Assembly (NCBI RefSeq): GCF_018977255.1
Contig: NW_024704755.1
Span: 8,866,001-8,930,000 of the forward strand
Length of the DNA stretch: 64,000 nucleotides
Reading direction: 5' to 3'
Source: Callorhinchus milii
Taxonomy: Eukaryota
In this document: positions 22,637 through 35,330 of the stretch, piece after piece
How the letters are laid out: each line of letters opens with the position of its first letter
Position numbering within the stretch: position 1 is the first letter of the stretch
Made by a program: the position numbers and the translations under genes
Notes under the pieces: model-generated
Told to the model about the DNA's origin: nothing
What the model saw: only the letters and a program-made list of their open reading frames with translations
Databases searched by the model: none

Positions 22637-24784
22637 CTGCAGCACAATAAACAGAAGTCATATGTGTTATACAGTGCAATACAATCATCATAACCAACCT
22701 TCAAAGTGTCCTGTGTAACTACAATCCAATCCCTTTAACAGATGCAGTGCACTTGCCCTTCACAGTTTTATGTTACTCTAACCCTGTGTTGTTTCACAAT
22801 GTTAAGCTGTCTATCACACAGCAAATTTTATTCCACTTTAATAAAGAGAAATTGAAATTGTAAAACTCTAAATTAAAGTGATTGATGGGAGCAAGCTGGG
22901 AGGGACTGCTGTGTCTTAGTATATTTATTGATGTTCATGGGGTGGTTTGGTAGTGCAAGGTGACAGGTACATTAGGAGTGTATTGAAAGGTGAATTGAAA
23001 TTAAAGGAATTCACTAACTTTAGTCAATACACCAGAAATACCAGAGTACTGCCACGATGGGTTAAATTGAGATTCAAGGGCCCTGACCTGTGAGCCTGGT
23101 GCCTCCGATATGTTTTGTTTAAACTCGAAGATAAAGACCATGTGTTTTTCAAGGGCAGGTGCAACAATTATAATTTCCATTCTGTTGAAAATGCAAGTTT
23201 ATTCTCCCAGTCTGATCAATTTCCTGAGGTCTTTGGGAAATAGCGGTCACTCTTCTCAAGACCTATGAGAAAATCGCAGCTTTTTATTTGCAACTCCACA
23301 AGTTACATGATAAAGTTGTTGAACACAACCGTGGAAATTGCGAAACTTTGATATACAGTGGGCAGATTAAATTGGATCACTTCGACTCACAAATAACTGC
23401 AGGGTCTATCTAGAATCTTAATTAGTATTGTGACAGGAATGGTACTTTACTATCAGTGCCTTGGAATGACTTATCCTCCTGAGTTGTGCAAGAACAGAAA
23501 CCTGTTTGAATTTTTTTTCTAAAAATATATTTTATATACACAGCAGCTAAACTGAGCTAAGAACATCTTCAAAATGTGTTTATCATGTTAAATGATAACG
23601 ATAAAAGTTAATGATGGGAGCATGTGCCACATCAATGCCTTATTGATCCTTGTGCCCATTTTTCTCATTTCTTACTATTTTTGTTTTACTCATAACTATT
23701 TATTACTCTTGACAATGGATTATTAATAACACAACGTGGGGAGTGTTGCTTACTGAGAAGTGCAAACAAAATTCCCCAGAGAAAAGAGAGCTGTTAGGCC
23801 ACATTCTCCCTTCAAACAGATGCTCTCCCCTGTGGTTTATTCCTAAATAGACTCATCGTTGGTGTGCTACAAAACAACTCATCATTTTTTCCGATGATTG
23901 TTTCAGCCCCTGCCTTCCTAGACATAGAGGTTGCTGAAATTGGGTGTTATTTCCTTGTATGTCTGGGCCCAAGCTTTCCACTACCAATTTGATCACGCAC
24001 CAGAACTGGAGGTGGAGCACAGAGGGGATTTGGCATCTTGGTAAGAGAATATTCAATCCCCAACGGTCCTTGTGGCAGGGTGAATGGCTACTTAAGGTTG
24101 TGGTCATTTTTCTATTTCCTGTCTGTTAATGGGGTGTTATTACAGGATTCGCATTTCCCTCCGGGCAAGGATGTGCTGAAACGGATGCGCTTATCAGGTG
24201 GACTGGAGAGACTTGGGATGTCCTCCAGATGTGAAAGGTTCGATATAATTGCAATTTATTGTTGTTGTTGGACAAAAGATGATGGATTATGCAGGTGTTA
24301 CACACTTGTATGCATAAGAGTTTTGTCCTAAACCAACCTAGATTTCAGTAACAGCTCAAACCACCTTGGTTTATGAAAAATTGCTTAACTTAGATGGATA
24401 GAAAGGGATTGGCTCTCTGGTGGATCATTCCTCTCCCTGCTGACAGTTAAATTGCACTGCTGTTGGCTATTGGGACAAAATGATTGCCCTTTGAGTCTCA
24501 GAACTACAGGTCTTGGGTTGGGATGCATTCTTGGACTGAAGTCTTCACCCCACAGGAAGCAATTAAGTACCTTGCAGCATGCAATCTCTCCCACAAATTT
24601 CACAAATCTAAAAAAGTACAGTGATGCCACGGAACTCTCCCAAGAGTACACTAAGGGTTGAGTTCTCTTTAACAACTATAATTAAAAAGAATGAAGTGCT
24701 GTGAGTGAACTCTGTAATTGTTCCTCCAGGTCTCATATCAACATGCTGCAACAAAGCCAAAGTCCATCCATCAATGCTCTGAGA

Positions 24785-24930
24785 TATTAACATTAATACA
24801 TAGTATTAACATTAATACTGTATTATTAACATTAATACTCCACATGAACATGCAGCATTAACATTAATACTCCATATTAATACTAATCACAATAACATCC
24901 AGCATTAACATTAATACTCCACATTAACTA
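24785..24930. repeat. AT-rich minisatellite, core attaacattaatac, unit about 20 bp
   Basis: Five exact copies of attaacattaatac plus partial copies, in PEDS1-like intron 5. Confidence 0.9.
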
Positions 24931-25602
24931 ATGAAATCATCCTAGTTTTGGATAAAATTCACGATATGTTCCCGTCATGGATTAGGTGTTAGGAGTAATC
25001 GGCCAGAGTCAGATTGTTGTTTTTGACCAAGGTGGCAGGATGATAACGCACACTCTTGGGACTCCAAAATCTGGGCTCTTATTAACCTGCGCTTAATGCT
25101 CTTGGAATTAAGTAAGCAGGTTGCATCCCTCCATGGAGAATTCCATCCCAGAAATGGGGAAATTTCCATGTGCAGTGGTACATATGTTGAAATCTCAATT
25201 TGGTTTGAATACTCTCAAGCATGGCAATAGGTTTCTGCATGTGTCAGTCACCAACCTGATAGGACTAATTGATAGTAAGGATGCTACTACATCAGGCCTT
25301 TTGGTTAAAGCAAAGGAGTGGGGAGAATAAAATCAGCCAGCATTTCTTTCCCATTAATCAGTGAGTCCACGAAAAAGAATGTATATGTGGACAGTTTCAA
25401 GCTTAGCTGGAACCACACTAATGATCAAACGGCACAAAGTTTGTAACTAAAGTTATGAGTATCATTACACTGGATCTGTTTTTTAAGAATGTGGATTTGA
25501 AGGACTGAACATTGACCGCTTTAGTGTACGGTGGGGGCTTAAGTGTTCCTGAGGATAACTCACAATTTGTTACCGATAACATTCACAATTGGCTCTTCCT
25601 AC

Positions 25603-25815
25603 CTGTTGTAATGCAGAAGTAGGTTTCGTGTGGCGACACGTGATGGATGCGGTGATGCTTTCTGGGCAGGATGACATGCAGATCCTGCAGTATAATGACC
25701 CAACGCGGCAATCCAAAGTACGTGTGAGACCACTTATGGATCTGATTCGTCAGGGTCACAGCTATGGCTAAACTGAACACGTAACAAGCCCAGGGATAGC
25801 CTTCACAGGTAACCA
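25603..25815 (-). CDS. PEDS1: PEDS1/TMEM189-like exon 5
   Basis: ttgcag|TGGTTACC...ACAACAG|gtagga; 213 nt; carries the QIHKWSH and [11 protein letters not shown] His boxes. Confidence 0.97.
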
Positions 25816-26185
25816 CTGCAAAGAGAAATAAACAATCAAGTGATTAGACTTGTAATAAAATGCACAGCTCCATCCGAGTGTCCAAGGTTGCCTCTGTTTA
25901 TTTGCCAGTTGCTAGTTTTCTCATTGTGGACAAAATACACTTTCTCGCAGCTATTGAGCTTCAAGAAAAGGAGGTTTTGCCAGAAACTCAATCCATTTAA
26001 TTAGCTGCTTGTGAATGCCAAATCTGGCAACAACGTATACGGTTAGTTAAGTTTATGACGAACAGAATGGTCCTTTTAACAAGTACAGATGCACAGAGCC
26101 CCGTAAAAATACTCATAAAATCCAACAGGATGCTTCAAAACTATTTGTAAATTGTACAGGATTTCCGCTAAGCTTTAAACGAGTA

Positions 26186-26509
26186 AACAACAACAACACA
26201 TTACATTTGTACAGCGCCTTTTATATCAGGAAGACATCCCAAGGGGCTGCACAGTCAGGGTTTTTGACCCGAGCAGGGGTTTGGGATTAGGAGGGGTGGA
26301 GGGCGTGGGTAGGTGGAAGGTAGGTGGCTGAAAGGGCGGTCGAAGAGGAGGATCTTGAGACGTGCCTTGAAGGAGGCAAGGGAGGGAGCAAGGCGAAGGG
26401 ACTGTGGATGGACTTCCAAAGGGTGGGGGCAGAGAGGCTGAAGGCCCGACCGTCAATGGTTGGCCGGGCTAGGCGGGGCACGTGGAGCGGATTGGAGCCT
26501 GCTGAATGG
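26186..26509 (-). mobile_element. Older L2 3' end, host of a nested L2; continues at 27181-27255
   Basis: PRLARPTIDGRAFSLSAPTLWKSI ORF2 C-terminus, 3' UTR and (TTG)n tail; collinear with the 37651-38132 copy. Confidence 0.85.
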
Positions 26510-27180
26510 ACAACAACAACAACAAGATTTCATTTATAGAGAGGCTCTCACGTCGGGAGGACGTCCCAAGGCGCTGGACAGTTGGGTCGGGACCCAAGCA
26601 GGGAGGAAAAGGTCAGGGTGAGGGGAGGGAAGGAGCGAGGAGGGGGTAGAGAGTCGAGAGGGGAGCTGAAGGCACGGTTGAAGAGAAAGGTCTTGAGACC
26701 GGCCTTGAAGGAGGAAAGGGAGGAAGCAAGGCAAAGGCACTGGGGGATGGAGTTCCAGAGCCTGGGGCTGAGAGGCTGAAGGCCCGGCCACCGATGGTAG
26801 GGCGGTTGGGGCGGGGGATGTGGAGCAGACCGGAGCCAGAGGAACGGAGGGTACGGGCAGGTAGGTAGGGTGATAGTACGTTGGAGAGGTAGGAGGGAGC
26901 GAGGCCATGAATGGCCTTGTAGGTGAGGATGAGGATCTTGAATTCAATCCTCTGGGGGATGGGGAGCCAGTGGAGGCGAGCGAGGGTGGGAATGATGTGG
27001 TCCCGAAGCCTGGTGCGGGACAGTACACGAGCTGCAGAGTTCTGAATGACCTGCAGCTTGTGGAGGGAGGTGGCGGGAAGGCCGGCGAGGAGAGAGTTCC
27101 CATAGTCCAGCCTTGAGGTGATAAAGGCGTGGACCAGAGTTTCGGCAGCGTGAGGGGTGAGGTAGTGCCGTAGTCTGACA
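26510..27180 (-). mobile_element. Young 5'-truncated L2 LINE (ORF2 C-terminus, 3' UTR, (TTG)n tail)
   Basis: True frame reads RLRHYLTPHAAETLVHAFITSRLDYGNSLLAGLPATSLHKLQVIQNSAARVLSRTRLRDHIIPTLARLHWLPIPQRIEFKILILTYKAIHGLAPSYL, a canonical L2 post-RT region; one frameshift near the end. Confidence 0.95.
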
Positions 27181-28843
27181 AGTTGATATGGGGTCAGCAG
27201 GTCACAGATGTAGGAAGGAGCAAGGCCATGGAGGGCCTTGAAGGCGAGGATAAGTATAACTAACCTAAAAAATTCAATGCATCTTACATTTCACAATGTG
27301 CAAAAAGCTGATTAAGTCACAAGGTTCAATCAATGCACTGATGGCTGATCAGCAAATGTATGGCTAGACATTATCTTAGGTTACTAAGTACTGAATTCCT
27401 CTCTCTGCAACAGTGCTTTCCCTGACAGGAGAAGCCGGGTAAGGAGAAGAAAGAGGTCACTGACCTGCGCAGCTCTGGGATGAAAGCACAGTTTGGTTCC
27501 AAAGGCCCACTCTATCAACCCTTTATATGGTTAACCTACTGAGTGCTGTGTATCCTTTGCTGCTTTCAAAATTCCCAAATGTTTCTGACGAGGTAACAGC
27601 TGCAAAGCGATTCTCTTGCAACTTTCCCTTAGCTTAATATTGCAACAATTAACTGCAGAGAGTGCGATTTTTATGTTCAGAATTAATCAAGAGACTGAAC
27701 TTTTGCTTAATGGGAGGGAGATCAGTCAAATCACCCATCGGTGCTCACTAGGTTAGCCAGTTATTGCTGGAAAATTCAGCTGTATGAAATACCAGAGGCC
27801 ATTGGAGTGGGCAAGTCTGCAGGGCGATTATTTTTTTTGCTCTTTGAAATTGTTGAATCACTGTGTTATAAAATATTTTCTATTTACGTTTACAAACATT
27901 GAGAACAAATCATCTATTTAGTGGGTTTGAGACAAAATGTAGAAATGCTGGCACCTTGTAAGAGACAAAAGTCAGGTAATAACCTCAAGTAGGATGTGGT
28001 AAGAGACCATCAGGGATATCCATCATAACCTTGGAGGGTTAAAAAAGCGCTTCTACACAACAACAGCTTAAACAAAATTGGTTGTTCACTTCACGGCTGG
28101 TTGTGAGATTTTACCGTTCACAAATTGGCTGCTGTGTTTGGCTATAAATTCATAGTTTGCAGTAAACCCTGTGAAGCCCTTTAAAATGTTTCAATGTTAA
28201 AATATCAAGTGTAAGGATTATCATTATGTATATAATTTAACTGAAAGCAAAAACATTGTTTAGTAAATATTTCCTTGGTACAAAATACTCACCAAATTTT
28301 ACTTAAAAATACATCCAGTTTGTTAAAGTGTTCATGAGCTGCGGGCGGATAGAAACCACGTTTAATGTAATAGATGCGAAGAGCATTCACAACTCAAAGG
28401 CGCAATGTATCATGGCCACGTTACTGAAACTCGAGCCAGGTATTAAGACAGAATATCCAATTGTGAAGGAATAAAGCGATGTAGAAGAGTACAAACTAGA
28501 AATTATCTGGAGAGATTAGGAAATTTAAAACACCCAATCAAATGAAGACTTTGTTTCCCCTCCCTTCCCCCACTCCCACATTTGACATCAGTGTGCATTA
28601 ATGTCACTGAACAGCCAGGAGCAAGCAATTGGTGCTGGACAAATTTACAAGAAAACTCAAGTTATTTTGTCTCTGATCTGTTGCCTCCCCTGTAATTTTG
28701 GATGAAAATTACTTTTAAGAGACTGCATCAAATAAAACATGACCCTCACATAGCTGGTTATTGCTAATAGATTCTGCGAGGCAGCACTCAGAAAATTGAT
28801 GGCTAACTCCAGGAGTAAAACAGACCAAATTCCTCGTGTACCA

Positions 28844-28859
28844 CCAGCAGATGGTGCTA
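28844..28859 (+). promoter_or_regulatory. Candidate CTCF site
   Basis: CCAGCAGATGGTGCTA. Confidence 0.45.
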
Positions 28860-29629
28860 TAAAAGAACAATTTGAGTGCTTTCAAAGCTTGCCTTTGGGA
28901 AAGCTTATGAAGGGTCTATTAAGTATTTAATTAAAGAGATGATATCCGTTTAATTGCCTGCTTGTGACAGAATCGAACACAATAATAAGTCAAGTCTGCA
29001 GTCACCCTCCCCACTCTGGTTGTCTCAAAGAGTTCAGCATTGCTCACTGAGGCAAGCACATCAGATGAGAGAACCGTGATTGATCTGTGTAGCACAACCC
29101 GACCATCATTTTATTGACCCTGCGCGCTCACAGAAAACGTCTCACTAAACGTTTTTCACATCTGATGAATGTTCTTCCGCAAGATCTGATGGAAACGTCA
29201 CTCGTGTTCAAAATGTTTAATGAATGGCCTAATTGCTTAGCTGCGGAGGCGTCCGTTCAGGAGCAGCAAAGATTCGATTCATTTTTGAAGATTCCTGATC
29301 AATGTAAAACTGTTACTGCCAGTCTCTGACACACAAATATCTCCTATTCGCTTCATGCTCCAAAACTGGCTAAAAAGTGGTGACATAGCTAATGGTCCAC
29401 TGGCAGATTGCTGCAGCCCCAGCAAACAAATGAACCATGAACAGCTTTGTCAATCGCCACTGGAGCAGGATCTCACCCGCTGATGGGTTGGCATTGGGTT
29501 GGCACTGGGTTGGCCCCCCGCATTGGCAGCCGCCTGGCCAGCCTGGAGTGGGTCTGATCCTATTCTAATGCTGGCCCAGCCCACCAGGAAGTGCAATAAT
29601 AGATCAGTACAAATCTCTGCCGCATGCTT

Positions 29630-29780
29630 TTATTTTTTTTGACTGCACTCTTCTACCCTTCCCCTCCCTCCACCTCTCTTGATCCCGATCCCCAGCTCGG
29701 GTTCAAATCCCTGACTGTCCAGTACCTTGAGATGTCCTCCCAACATGAAAGGCACTACACAAACATAATTTGTTGTTGTG
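29630..29780 (+). mobile_element. L2 3' UTR fragment
   Basis: gatcccgatccccagctcggg...gatgtcctcccaacatgaaaggcac...(TTG)n. Confidence 0.75.
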
Positions 29781-30189
29781 GTTTTCTGTTCCCCTGAATT
29801 CTTCTGAATTCCAAGGATGCCCAAACAAGCCAAAGTGTCAGAAGATAAGTAAGCAAGTGAACAGCCTCTCAGAATTCCCACCAGAAGCAGTCAAAGGGTT
29901 AATTTGATCTGGGTTTGTTTACAGTTATTTGCGAAGACCATACATATCCACTTCTCCAAACTGCCTGCTTTAATTACATTCCTGACCTTTCTCACAATGC
30001 ATTCTACTGTCAGGGCTCAGTCAGCTACTGTGAGTCGGGCAAGACTTCAGTAGCTTGCAAATTAAATACCTCCCACAACTCATTACTGGAGGAAAAGGCA
30101 AGAAACTGAAACATTTGATGTGCACATTTGTTCTGCGCTGTGCTAAAACACGCATTTTTAAAAATTGTGATTTACATTATAAAATGTAA

Positions 30190-30410
30190 TTAATTTGTAA
30201 TAATATTTGCATTTGGTGTAGCACCTTTCACATTGGAAGGATGTTGGAAAGTGCTTCACAGGATTAACTGTAAAGAATGGTGACTATGTATTTTGCAGGT
30301 AAATGTGGCAGCCAATTTGTGCGCAGCAATGTCCCACAAACAGCCGGGAAGTGAATGACCAATTTTATCTGGGGATTGTTGGCACATCAACAGGAGAAAC
30401 TGGTAACATC
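30190..30410 (-). mobile_element. Old DeuSINE 3' half
   Basis: tggcagccaatttgtgcgcagcaatgtcccacaaacagc Deu-like core. Confidence 0.75.
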
Positions 30411-31214
30411 CCATGAAGACAGAAAGTATTAACCCGGACTGGAAAGGTTATTTCTTGTGGGTTTAAATGTACATTCCATGCAAAGAATATACATTATGCA
30501 AATCAAAGCTTCCCTTTTGCAAGCTGCCCTCTCAGAGTTACTTTTCAAACACTGATGGTGCTGCAGTGTTCCCGATTCCTGAATCCTAGCAGAAGCAGGT
30601 TAATCTCTGGGAAAAGTGGCCAGACATTTATGGCAGGACTGCGAGGATCTTGTGTGGTTTTGGAGGACCATTGATATTGGCTGCACTTCCTGGTCTGTGA
30701 GCTGGCTAAAGAATTCCAGAACACTGCGGGTAGAACAGTGACCGTCGTTTCCCACATTCACAACTTAGAGGTTGGGGAAGGGAGTTTACAGTGCAGTTTC
30801 CTGCAAAGATTATCGGGAGACAGAACAGTATGAGTCCAACTAGAGGAAGAAAAGAACACCTGGTCAATCAGTTTTCCAGCCACAGACGGAACATCCCTGG
30901 GAATCAGAACTCAGACACCACCACAAATTGTCAGAGCCCTACAACTTACATCTAACAAGGCATTTATACTGGCGAGAGCGTCCAACCTTTTTCTCTTCTG
31001 GAGCACGATAACACCCATGAATACTCATTCTTCAACGGATTTACTAAATACAGTCACTACACTTGACAGTCATTGCCAGTGATGTGCTTGGAGATATTTC
31101 ACTGTTACAGATGTTATAACAAGGACAAAAAGATTATTATTTCTTATTTTTATTTATAGCTCTGTCTCGCTGTGCATGCTGGCCAGCTTTCTTTGGCCTG
31201 TACCCCAGTTGTCC

Positions 31215-31380
31215 TACTCAACCCATAAAAGGGGACTTCTGCTACCCAACATGTCAGTTCTGATGAAGGGTTACACCCAGAACATTAGCCAATCCTTGTT
31301 CAAAGTGCTGGTTGACCTGCTGGGTATGGCTACCATTTTCTGTTTTTTATTTCAGATTTCCAGCATTTGTAGAGTTTTTA
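31215..31380 (+). mobile_element. Penelope-like element terminal fragment with a degenerate hammerhead motif
   Basis: tctgatgaagggttacacccagaacatt...gacctgctgggtat...ttttctgttttttatttcagatttccagcat, recalled as a common chondrichthyan Penelope-type end. Confidence 0.55.
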
Positions 31381-32544
31381 ATGTGAAACACCACCATCTG
31401 ATTCCTCATCCCTTAGCTAAGGGCCTTAGCAGCTGCATCTCTGACTGAGACTGAGGCTGCATCTCCTGTTGACCTCTAATGGACCAAGGGAGATGACCCT
31501 CTGCTCTCTGTAGGCAATTGCATCAGCAAATGACCCTTGATTTTCCCTATATATCATCTGAACTACATGGTATCATGTGTTGCCCCCACCACAAAAGAGA
31601 CCATTGAACTGGTCGCTGGTTCTATCGAGCAGGAATTGACTCAAACCGATTGCACTGTTATTCAAATAGGAAAATCCTGGAGAGAGTTTGCAAAATCGGA
31701 TGAGCTCACTCGTGGTAAATTATATTTTTTTAAAGTTTCACAGGTTTTTTGGCACAGTCAATTTTTTAAGCTTGGTGGGGGGAGGGAGTCAGTTTCCAAA
31801 TTACAATTGAATTTAAGACTATTTTCTAAAATTCTGCACAATTTCTACTTTAACACTAGGGTGTTACGCCTTAGAACACAATTTACTTTGATCGTCAGCA
31901 TGTCTGAGGAACGGTTGTATATTTTATCTGTACAATAATAAGAACTCATATCTGAAACAGCACCTTTCCCGTCAAAGGAAGTCTCAAAGCACTTCACAGT
32001 TATACCGTAAAGTGTAATAATGACTGTGTATTTTCTAGGCGAACATAGAAAAACAGAAGGAGGTACATAAGGGAGAAAAATAGTAACTGAAGGCTGGAAA
32101 AATACAATCAGTGGAAAAGAACCAAGTGAAAAATAAATTTACACTGAGGAAAACGCATCCGAGTGCAGGAGAAAATGTTAGCGAATAGAAAGAAAATCCT
32201 GTGATATGCAACAAAACCTCACTCTGCTTATCTGTTAACATAGAAGCATCGGAATGAAATGCATGTCAATGTTTTACAGTCTACAGCATGGCGATCGGCT
32301 TGCAAAGTTTTGTGTCGTTATTGAATTGTGTCAGAGGCAGAGTCCCTGACTGACCAGAGCCCAACTGGGAAGGGAGCTTTAAATGCTTGCATCATTGTCA
32401 GAAATAAAATCATTACAATCTTAATATTAAGAGTCCTCAAATACAGAAGACTATTACCATTAAAATAAAGATTCTAAAACTCAGGCCTTGACAACAAGCC
32501 CCTAGCCAAAGCCCCTTCGGTCAACACAGTTTTATGAAGCTTAA

Positions 32545-32656
32545 TGATAATAATCCTTGCATTTGATATAGCCCCATATCACGTCTTCGAGACGTCTCAA
32601 AGGACTTCACGGAATATACTGTAAAGTGAATTGGCTGGATATTTTGTTGGCGAAAC
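32545..32656 (-). mobile_element. 5'-truncated SINE 3' end (TCGAA-loop subtype)
   Basis: Tail motif with cacgtcttcgagacgtctc. Confidence 0.85.
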
Positions 32657-33479
32657 TCTGAAGCAATACCAAATAATATTTTAACTTTCATCTCAGTTAA
32701 AAAAAATTACAGATGCTCTGAACTGTTAGCAAAACAAACACTGGGACTTCATTCTTGGGCAGGGATTTGAAACCCAAGCAGTCACTAATCTAGAAAAGCA
32801 GACACTCCCCTTCGAGGTATTGGTCCAGAGATAGCAGTCGTTGTTGTCTGCTGCTGCAAACACCGTGTGGCTTTTTGGCAGCGACTTCCACATTTTTACA
32901 TTTCGGCAGCTGAACTATTACAAGTGCTGCAGCTGCAGCCAAGCATCACATACTAGACACAGGCGTGAACTCTAGCTCCAAAATGTAAGCCCCAACTGGC
33001 TCCTGGCATATGAAATGTGACCTTTAATTCTGCCCAGGGTTAAAGATCAGCTGGACAATAGCACTGCTCCATTTTGGCCAACCTTCCATCTGCGACGCTC
33101 AAATGGCTCATTGTTTCCCCTTGTGTTCCACCTTTTCTCCCAGTCTAACCTAATTTTATCATTATCATTCACCCTTATGTGTCTTTCCTTCAATTGAGAG
33201 GACGGGAGATCATTTAATGCCCGTTTTCCAATGTTCCTCAGTTAAACGTGAACAGCCCTTCATCATGGAAAGAGGGTAGGGGATGGTTTTATCAGCTATT
33301 AGTTCTCACTGTTTTATAGCACAGCCCAGTACTCGTGTTCAAGCGAAGGACTGACAATCTTGGGCTGGCTTGATTTATTGCCAGGTTCTCCTACAAACAC
33401 AGTCACTACACCTTACAGGAAACTTTTTGAAACATATCAAATGGAAGGATAGTTATTATTCATGGATATTATGGCAAAG

Positions 33480-33722
33480 GTGGGGGAATTGTAGGGGAGT
33501 CTGATCCAGTCTTCACCCGCACCATCCACTTTCATTTCCAGCAGTGGTCACTGGATCGTGATCAGCAGCAGATACTCTGACAGATGTTTCCACTTTAAAG
33601 GTAATGAGCTCAATTGCAGTGACCTGACCGCTACACATCTGAGATAGGTTAACTTAGTACGAGGGCATGGATCAGATCCTCTGGCTCAGTCGTACACAAT
33701 GTGCTGAACTTATCTATTGAGC
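33480..33722 (-). mobile_element. Ancient tRNA-type SINE (AmnSINE2-like), degenerate
   Basis: ttccagcagtggtcactggatcgtgatcagcagcag motif; related copies at about 25270-25430, 49805-50050 and 58315-58420. Family name from memory. Confidence 0.5.
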
Positions 33723-33896
33723 AAGGACAACCAGCAGTTGCTGTGCCAACAACTGAATGCACATTCTTACATTACACTGTGGATAATCAGATCATTGTAA
33801 CCTTTATTCAGAGAAATCAACATTTGTGTATTCATAAACAGAACAATTCTTAGCTGTTGGAAGGACAGGTCACTGGACAGGGCTTTGTGCTCTTAC

Positions 33897-34041
33897 CTGG
33901 AGCATTGGTGGTAAACATGCAAGTCAAGTAAGCCAGAGGAAATATGGTAAACATGCAGTTATCTCCATTAGTTTCAATGAGGTCGTGCCTGGTTATTGCA
34001 GTTGGGTCAATATGATGTTCTCGGAAAGGTCTTAGAAATGC
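33897..34041 (-). CDS. PEDS1: PEDS1/TMEM189-like exon 4
   Basis: ttgcag|GCATTT...GCTCCAG|gtaaga; 145 nt; encodes AFLRPFREHHIDPTAITRHDLIETNGDNCMFTIFPLAYLTCMFTTNAP. Confidence 0.97.
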
Positions 34042-35214
34042 CTGCAAGTTAAAAACACAGAATTAGCATTCCCAAACACAACGGTTTGTCCATCATCTAA
34101 TCCAGTAACAAGAGGAACGCAACCCAAGGGAAGGGGTAAACAATTCAATCAAAATTAGTTCAAAAATCCATTTAATAACACACGGCTTATAAAGGGAGTT
34201 ACATTTCTAGTTTCATCTTAGAATCAAATGTCCTTGAGACATAACCAACATATGAGATAACATATGGGATTGGACCAATTGCTGTGAGTCGTAGCAAGTT
34301 TGCAACAAGTACCAACTTCCAGCTGAAGTAAAATACAGTACGGTGTTGAAATTGTCCTACCCTAAATAAAAATAAATGAGTGTAAGCAGGTGCAGGTTTT
34401 GAGGTAACCGGGGATTACCTTAGCTCCCTGTTGTGTTGCTCTATTTTACCAGGAGTCTCTTGTGAACAGAGTGGAATAGATAAGATGGAATCTCATTACT
34501 TAGAAGTCCACATTGTAGAGTCAAAATGGTTGATAACTGACTGGCTCACTTATAGAAAGCTCCATTGATATAATCCAGGCTCAGCACTGCTCAGTACCTG
34601 AAAACAGAGCCGCATTCCAGTTACTTTTATGATGCCAACGGTCTCCATTTGTTAAAACCTGCTGCCTACTCTTGTGTCAAAACAGATTATAGTCTTGAGC
34701 TATGTGTTTACAGTTTATAGCAATAATATCCTACATCCCCGCAGGCATCAGAGAGTCTCCAATAATAACCTTCTCTGAGCCACGGCAATACGTGCAGTTA
34801 TTTGCACAAGAAATGTTAAAAATGTTTTTCCAACATAAAACTGTAATTGGCAGAAAAGGTCTGAAGTGTCGTATGGTCTCCAAAGCAAACATTAACCTAT
34901 TAAATAAAAAACCTTTCCAATATGGTGGAGACATGCAATAAACCGATGTGAAAACTCTGCTTTATGTTGATGAGACTGTAGTGTATGGATCAGTTGGTAC
35001 CACAGTGCAACAGTAAACATTGAATTAAAGCTTACGATCAGGCAGTCATTTGGAACTTATTCTCTAAACGGGTCAGCAACTGGACCACTAGGAATACCCT
35101 TCCAATTGTGGTTGCAACCATTTATTTACCACCACTCCCCCCCACACACACACACACACATATTCTTCATGCTGTACTTAAAGCCTGGATCAATTCCACA
35201 CACAATGCTCATAT

Positions 35215-35330
35215 AACATACAGTCAATTTACTTTACATTATATTCTGTGAAGCGCTTTGAGAAGCCTCGAAGACGTGATAAGGCGCTGTATCAAATGCA
35301 AGTATTATTATTATTATTATTATAATAATA
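35215..35330 (+). mobile_element. 5'-truncated SINE 3' end
   Basis: Tail motif plus (TTA)n. Confidence 0.85.

Noticed and set aside
24785-24930. CRISPR-like repeat-spacer array
   Set aside because: Eukaryotic intron, 14-nt core, very short related linkers, no cas genes.
26534-27181. 215-aa S/P-rich ORF in the track
   Set aside because: Off-frame reading of the GC-rich L2 element; the real frame is the L2 ORF2 C-terminus.
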